DNA from: an uncultured Bacteroidales bacterium
GTDB taxonomy: Bacteria > Bacteroidota > Bacteroidia > Bacteroidales > VadinHA17
Direction of reading: 5' to 3'
Assembly: GCA_963736675.1 (NCBI GenBank)
Contig: CAVTPT010000001.1
Location: 101,671 to 165,670 of the forward strand
DNA length: 64,000 bases
The notes under the pieces are model-generated. The model was not told the DNA's origin, ran no database searches, and was given only the letters and a program-made list of their open reading frames with translations. Below are positions 40,384 to 49,300 of this stretch, one piece after another. Positions within the stretch are counted from its first letter, which is position 1; each line of letters starts with the position of its first letter. The position numbers were made by a program, and so were the translations under genes.

Positions 40384-43300
40384 CCCTGTTTACAGCAATA
40401 TTCTGACAATAACTGTACGACCTGCCTTATCGGGAGGCGTAATTGAGGAGGACCAGACAATTTGTTACGGAGGCGATCCGGCAAGGTTCGATAATGTAAC
40501 TGCTGCCAGCGGTGGCGGCGGATCTTTCACATACTTATGGTTTTATACTACCAACATGCTTACAGTGCCCGGAGATGCTGACTGGACAAGTATTCCGTCA
40601 GCCACTGGTACAGGTTACAACCATGGAACCCTTAACACAACAACAAAATTTGTCAGGAGGGCCATTGATGCCACATGTTCAACTCCTGTTTACAGCAACC
40701 AGGTTACCGTAACGGTTCATCCTCAGCTGAACGGCGGAACAATAGCCAGCAGTCAGACGATATGCTATAATGATAATGTTCCGGCCTTTGAAAGTACTGA
40801 AGATGCAACCGGAGGAGCAGGATTATTTACATATACATGGTTTTATACAACAAGTACAACAGCTGTTCCGGGGGGCCCCGGCTGGACTACTGTTCCATCA
40901 AGCAACAGCACAGTTTATGATCACGGAACCCTTACCGCAACCACAAGGTTTGTAAGAAGGGCCGTTGATGCCTCATGTACAACCCCGGTTTACAGCAATG
41001 TGATAACTGTTACAGTTCGTCCCGAACTTACAGGAGGAGGCATAACAGCAAGTCAGACAATTTGTTACGGCGATGATGTTACCGCATTTTCCAGTACGAC
41101 AGCGGCCGGAGGTGGTGCAGGAGCCTTTACATACAGCTGGCTCTCCACAACAAATATGACAGCTTCTCCGGGAGATCCTGCCTGGAATGAGATCCCTTCA
41201 ACCAATGCCCTGATATATGATCATGGTACTCTGACAGCCACAACACGGTTTGTCCGTAAAGCGGTCGAGAGTACATGTACAACACCCGTTTACAGCAATA
41301 TCCTCACAGTCACTGTCAGACCGGAGTTATCCGGTGGAGTGATAGCAGACGATCAGACAATTTGTTACGGAGCTGACGTTGCAGTATTTTCAAGTACCGA
41401 CGATGCCACCGGAGGAGCCGGTAACTTCACTTATACGTGGCAATATACAACCAACCTGGCAGCCATAACAGGGGATGGAACATGGACAGATATTCCATCA
41501 AGCGATAATGAGACTTATAATCATGGCACCCTTACTGCCACAACGAAATTTGTGCGGATGGCAGTTGATGCCTCCTGTTCTACGCCTGTCTACAGTAATG
41601 AGGTTACTGTGACAGTCAGACCGGAACCTGATGGAGGTACCATTGCGGCAGCCCAGGTAATTTGCTCAGGAGGTGATCCGGAAGCTTTCACAAGTATTGA
41701 TGGAGCGACCGGCAGCTCGGGCTCATTTACATACACATGGTTGTACAACACCAATCCGTCAGCTGTTCCGGGTGGTCCCGGCTGGATCGAAGTTCCCTCA
41801 AGTAACAGTACCGTATATGACCACGGAACCCTTACCACAACAACATTGTTTGTCAGACGGGCTGTTGATGCTGTTTGTTTAACTCCGGTTTACAGTAATG
41901 TAATCGAGGTAACAGTAATGCCTGCTCTTTACGGGGGCGTAATAAGCGCCAGTCAGTCGGTATGTTACGGAGATGATCCGGAAGCATTTACAAGTCTAAA
42001 TGATGCAAGCGGAGGTACCGGAGCATTCACATACACATGGCAATATACCACAAACATGGCAGCAACTGCCGGAGATGCCAACTGGACAGATATTAATGAT
42101 TCAGACGACCCCGGATATGACCATGGGGTGCTGCTCGTCCCGACCAGGTTTGTCCGAAAAGCAACAGATCTCGCCTGTAGTAATCCTGTTTATTCAAATA
42201 TACTTACCGTTGCCATAGATCCTCTGCCTGTTACATCTGAGATAACAGGAGAATCAATACTGTGTGAGGATTCTGATGACCAGATCTATCGTGTGGTCAA
42301 CACATCGGGTTCTGCCTATTTCTGGACTGTTCCGGCTTCATTTACGATAATATCCCCACAGGGATATAATGTCATAATTGTACAGGTAAACGGAACAACA
42401 AATCCGGGAGATGTGATCACCGTTACAGAAACCAACACAGCGACTGACTGTGTCGGTGATCCTGTTGAGTTTCCTGTAACAGTACTGCCGGTAATGCCAT
42501 TAGCCGATGTTACTGGTCCGTCTGTAGTATGTCAGGGTGATGCCGGAGTTATATATTCAGTTCCTGATAATCCCGGATCGACTTATGCCTGGTTCGTACC
42601 GGCCGGAGCATCAATTACTTCCGATCCTTCACTGCACCAGATAGAAGTCACATTCAGTATGGCAATATCAGGCCAGATTGCATGTATTGAAACCTCAAAT
42701 CTGATTTGTACCACAGTACACAATCCGGCTGTTGTAACGGTCAATACTTTGCCAGGTATCTACACTGTTTCTGCTACACCATATTATTGCTACGGCACTG
42801 ATGGAGTTACAGTTACACTAAGCAATTCACAGGCAGGAGTTAATTACCAGTTGCTTAAAGATGGTGTTGCTGAGGGATCAGCCATACCTGGTACGGGTTC
42901 CTCAATTACCTGGCCGGATATGAAAGCAGGAATCTATATGGTCCGGGCCGCTTCAGCTACATCACCCGTCTGTGAGGTACTGATGAACGGCAATCCAGCT
43001 GTTGAAGAGAATCCCGAAATAGTGATCAGCAGTATTACAATCACAGAACCAAAATGTTACGGTTCCACCGACGGTTCAATAGTGATAAATGCAAGCGGAG
43101 GATTCCCTCCTTTATCCACCCTTACATATTCAATTAACGGTGGAACGACATTTTTTGCTTCAAATACATTTACAAATGTCGGCCAGGGAACATACAATAT
43201 TGTTGTAAAAGACCTGAGGAACTGTACTGTAGCTTCTGCACCGGTAACAGTAAATCAACCATCTGAACTTACAATCACTTCATTAACTGTTACAACTCCG

Positions 43301-46300
43301 GTTAACTGCAATGGATCATCGACCGGATCGGTCAGAGTATTCATTGCAGGAGGAACACCACTCTATTCTTACCAATGGTATTATGACCAGTTCTTTGCCA
43401 GTCCCATACCGGGACAGATTTCTGCAGATGCAACTGGTCTGCCTGCCGGTACATATTATGTAAAGGTAACCGATATTAACGGCTGCTGGAAATCGGGCAG
43501 TATAACCCTGACTCAGCCACCGGCTATTACAGGTTCAGGGATAGTATCAACGGCAGTATCATGTTATGGGATAAATGACGCTATTATAACTGTCACTGCG
43601 ACAGGCGGTTCGGGCTCTCTTGAGTACGATCTTAACGGACTCAACATATGGAACAACACAGGAGTATTCAGCGGACTCGGAGCTGGAACTTATAGTATCA
43701 GGGTAAGGGATGCCCTGGCAGTATCCTGCATAGTAAATCTTCAGGATGTTGTAATAACTCAGCCTTCAGAGCTGTTGGTTTCTGTAACCAGTCAGGCAAA
43801 TGTTCTTTGCTTCGACGGAACTACCGGGGCAATTGGTGTTACCGTTTCGGGCGGTACTCTCCCAGCCGGTGGTTATTTGTTTAGCTGGACAGGATCTGAT
43901 TATCTTGGAAATGCTTTCACCAGTACTTCCGAGGACCTTAATGGTCTGAAGGCCGGAAGTTACGGTCTGACAGTAACTGATGCAAACGGATGTACGGCAA
44001 TTCTGCCACCCGTTACCATAACGCAACCTCCTGTACTGGCAGTCGCACTTGATTCTCAAACCAATGTACTTTGTTACGGCGAAACCAATGGTTCCATAAC
44101 CGTTACTGCCACCGGAGGTGCCGGACCTTATACCTATGCGTGGACCGGGACCAATTACCTCGGCGGAGCATATTTCAGTCCGGCAGAAGATATTTCCGGA
44201 CTCAGGGCAGGTACCTACAACCTGAGAGTAACTGATGCAAACGGTTGTCAGAGGGTACTTCCTGCCGTAATTGTTACACAGCCTGTAGCCCTTGTACTGG
44301 TTGTAGATGATAAAACAAATGTTCTGTGTTATGACGATGCTACAGGAGCTATAAATGTTACGGTTACCGGGGGTGTAATGCCTGCGGGAGGGTACCTGTA
44401 TGAATGGACAGGTACCGATTACCTGGGCAATCTCTTCAACAGCACCCTGGAAGACCTAGCAAGTCTTAAAGCAGGGAACTACGCTCTTACGGTTACCGAT
44501 GCCAATAACTGTGAAATTACATTGCCGGCTGTAAGTATTACTCAGCCACCTGATCTGACAGTTACCCTGAATGCAACCGTTGATGTACTTTGTCATGATG
44601 TCGCAACAGGAGCCGCATATATTACGGTTAGCGGAGGTGTTCAGCCAATCGGCGGGTATAGCTTTTCATGGAGCGGAACCGATTATCTGGGAAATCTTTA
44701 CAGCAGCACGGTTGAAGATCCTTCAGGACTGAAGGCAGGGACATATGACCTTGTTGTTACAGATCAGAACGGATGTACCGCAACCCTTTCAGATGTGGTG
44801 ATCAATCAGCCGCCCGACCTTACCGTGATAACCGAAGACCAGATAAATGTACTCTGTTATAACGGAACGAACGGGGAAATTGATGTTACAGTTTCGGGAG
44901 GTGTAATGCCTGCCGGAGGATATATCTATTCCTGGACCGGAGCTGATTACCTGGGTACATATTTTGCCAGTAGTTCGGAAGATCTGACAGGACTTAAAGC
45001 CGGCACATATAATCTGGCAGTAAGGGATGCCAATAGCTGCAGCGTTATTCTTCCGGCTGTTATAATCACCCAACCGGCTGCTTTCACAGTCAGCCTTGAC
45101 GGGAAAACTGATATTCTTTGCTATGACGAGTCAACAGGATCAATAAACGTGACTGTGGCGGGAGGTGTTGAACCTGCGGGAGGTTACCTGTTCACATGGA
45201 CCGGAACCGATTATACAGGTACTGCCTTCACAAGTACAGATGAGGATCTTACCGGACTTAAAGCAGGAACATACCTCTTGTCAGTTGGTGATGCAAATAA
45301 CTGTACGGTAAATCTTCCGGCAGTGACAATTACACAGCCGGCCGATCTGACAGTTTCTGTCAACAGTCAGGCAAATGTTCTGTGCTTCGACGGAACTACA
45401 GGGGCAATTAGTGTTACCATTTCGGGCGGTACTCTCCCAGCCGGTGGTTATTTGTTTAGCTGGACAGGATCTGATTATCTTGGAAATGCTTTCACCAGTA
45501 CCTCCGAGGACCTTAATGGTCTGAAGGCCGGAAGTTACGGTCTGACAGTAACTGATGCAAACGGATGTACGGCAATTCTGCCACCTGTTACCATATCGCA
45601 ACCTCCTGTACTGGCAGTCGCACTTGATTCTCAAACCAATGTACTTTGTTACGGCGAAACCAATGGTTCCATAACCGTTACTGCCACCGGAGGTGCCGGA
45701 CCTTATACCTATGCCTGGACCGGGACCAATTACCTCGGCGGAGCATATTTCAGTTCGGCAGAAGATATATCCGGACTCAGGGCAGGCACCTACAACCTGA
45801 GAGTAACTGATGCTAACGGTTGTCAGAGGTTGCTTCCTGCCGTAATTGTTACGCAGCCTGTAGCCCTTGTACTGGTTGTAGATGATAAAACAAATGTTCT
45901 GTGTCATGATGATGCTACAGGAGCTATAAATGTTACGGTTACCGGGGGTGTAATGCCTGCCGGAGGTTACATATATGAATGGACAGGTACCGATTACCTG
46001 GGTAATCTCTTCAACAGCACTCTGGAAGACCTCGCAGATCTTAAAGCAGGGAACTACGCTCTGACGGTTACCGATGCCAATAACTGTGAAATTACAATGC
46101 CAGCTGTAAGTATTACTCAACCACCTGATCTGACAGTTACCCTGAATGCAACCGTTGATGTGCTTTGTCATGATGCCGCAACAGGAGCCGCATATATTAC
46201 GGTTAGCGGAGGTGTTCAGCCAATCGGCGGGTATAGCTTTTCATGGAGCGGAACCGATTATCTGGGAAATCTTTACAGCAGCACGGTTGAAGATCCTTCA

Positions 46301-49300
46301 GGACTGAAGGCAGGGACATATGACCTTGTTGTTACAGATCAGAACGGATGTACCGCAACTCTTTCAGATGTGGTGATCAATCAGCCGCCCGACCTTACCG
46401 TGATAACCGAAGACCAGATAAATGTACTCTGTTATAACGGAACGAACGGGGAAATTGATGTTACAGTTTCGGGAGGTGTAATGCCTGCCGGAGGATATAT
46501 CTATTCCTGGACCGGAGCCGATTACCTGGGTACATATTTTGCCAGTAGTTCGGAAGATCTGACAGGACTCAAAGCCGGCACATATAATCTGACAGTAAGG
46601 GATAACAACAACTGTATAGTGACCCTCTCTACGGTCACAATTACCCAGCCACCGCAATTCACAGTGATCAGGGATGACCAGGTTAATATTTTGTGTCACG
46701 ACGGGGCAACAGGTGAAATAAACGTCACAGTATCGGGAGGTGTAATTCCTGCGGGAGGTTACATATACGAATGGACAGGGACTGATTACCTTGGAAATTC
46801 TTTCAGCAGCGCCGATGAAGATCTGGCTGGCCTTAAAGCAGGTATTTACAGTCTGACAGTTACCGATGCCAACGGTTGTGAGGCAGTGTTGCCATTGGTT
46901 TCACTGACCCAGCCGCCCGATCTGACAGTCACACTCCTGTCGGTGACAAATGTGATGTGTCACGATGCGGCAACAGGCGCGATCAATGTTAATGTCAGCG
47001 GTGGTGTAATGCCCGCAGGCGGTTATACATATACCTGGACCGGAACCGATTATCTTAATAATGCTTATTCAGGCAGTACAGAGGATCCTTCGGGACTTAA
47101 AGCTGGTACTTACGATCTCACAGTTACAGATAACAATATGTGTACGGTCGCTCTTTCCACAGTTACCGTATCGCAGCCTGACGACCTGACGGTGGTTCTG
47201 GAGGACCAGACCAATGTGCTGTGTTATGATGCGGCAACAGGTGCCATCGATATAACGGCGGCAGGAGGTGTAATGCCTTCAGGCGGCTATTATTATACAT
47301 GGACCGGCACAACCTACCAGGGCGGAGCCTTCAACAGCAATATGGAAGATCTTACCGGCATCAAAGCCGGCACCTATAACCTTACCGTTAGGGATGCCAA
47401 TGGCTGCAGTGTTATTCTTCCGGCTGTGATAATCACTCAACCGGCTGCTTTCACAGTCAGCCTTGATGGAAAAACTGATATCCTCTGCTATGACGAGTCA
47501 ACAGGATCAATAAACGTGACTGTGGCAGGAGGTGTTGTACCTGCGGGAGGTTACCTGTTCACCTGGACCGGAACCGATTATACGGGTACTGCCTTCACAA
47601 GCACAGATGAGGATCTTACCGGACTTAAAGCCGGAACTTACCTTTTGTCTGTTGGTGATGCAAATAACTGTACGGTAAATCTTCCGGCAGTGACAATTAC
47701 ACAGCCGGCCGATCTGGCAGTTTCTGTCAACAGTCAGGCAAATGTTCTGTGCTTCGGTGAAGCCACCGGAGCTATTTATGTGACAGTATCCGGAGGCACA
47801 ATACCAGCAGGAGGCTATTTGTTCAACTGGACCGGTACGGATTACATGGGCAATAGTTACACATCAAATGATGAAGATCTGGCAGGGCTCTATGCAGGTA
47901 CGTACAATCTGACCGTGACCGATCAGAACGGATGCAACGTTTCAATACTTCCTGTCACCATAACAGCACCTCTTCCACTGGTAATCGATGTGAATGTGAC
48001 AAGTAATTATAACGGAAGAGATATTAGTTGTACGGGAGCGTTTGATGGAAGAGCAACGGCAACAGTAACCGGCGGTACAGGTATATATTTCTATACCTGG
48101 TACAGCGATCCCGGATTCTCAGTTCCGATTGGACAGATGGCACCCTCTGCAATTAACCTTGCAGCCGGCGAATACTATGTCAGGGTTATGGATATGAATG
48201 GCTGTTCCATAACGGGCAGCGTAACACTCACCGACCCACCGTTGCTTGATGCATCAGTAGTCACCCTGACCAATGTTGACTGTTTCAACAATGCTACAGG
48301 GGCTGTTACTGTCGAGGCTGTTACTGGATCGGGTACAGGCCCGTATTCATATTCCAAAGACGGAGGATTTACCTGGCAACCTGCGGGTGAGTTCACAGGC
48401 CTGTCGGCAATGACATATACCATCCTTGTAAGAGATGCCAATAATTGTATTAAAGCGGTTCCTGTAATCATTACACAGCCTTCGCAGCTGATAGCCACAA
48501 TATCAGACTTTGACAATGTCTCATGTTCAGGAGGGAACGATGGAAGTGTGACCATCACGGTTCCGGCAGGCTCAGGTACTGCTCCGTACACTTACACCAT
48601 AAATGGAACTGACTGGCAACCGGGAGGAGCCTTCACGGGCTTGACAGCTGGCTCCTATAATATTGAGGTGAGAGATGATAATAATTGTTCGGTAATTCTA
48701 CCGGTCATTATTTCAGAGCCACCTTTGCTTGAACTGAATCCTACTGCTGACATTGTTCTCGATTGTTATGACGATCATGATGGAACAGGTACATTCTATG
48801 CCGTAGGAGGTACTCCCGGGTACACATTTACCCAGATATTAAACGGAGCAGATGCAACATTTGCTGCGCAGGGTTATAATTCACAGATAATATTTAATGC
48901 AGGAGCCGGTGTTGTTACGGTGATGGTTACCGATTCGAAAGGATGCAACACCGAGGCTTCAATTACATTTACCGAACCGGATATTCTTGAACCGGGGAGC
49001 ATCGGGAATGACCAGGTCCTGTGCTATGGAGAATCTCCGGCAGCACTTGTGCAGATTGATCCTCCGGATGGGGGACCGCTTCCGTTTGACTTTAAATTCC
49101 AGTGGCAGTATTCAGCCACAGGTTCGGAACCGTTCCTTAATATTTCAGGGGCTGTCCAGGAAGGGTTTACACCTGATTCTCCGGCAACAGGAACTCTCTA
49201 TTACAGGAGAATGGTGACATCCGGATTCTGTCAGCCGGTTTACAGCAATATTGTTGAAGTGCTTGTGAATCCGCGACCCATTGCAGTGTTGAGAGGAGGA

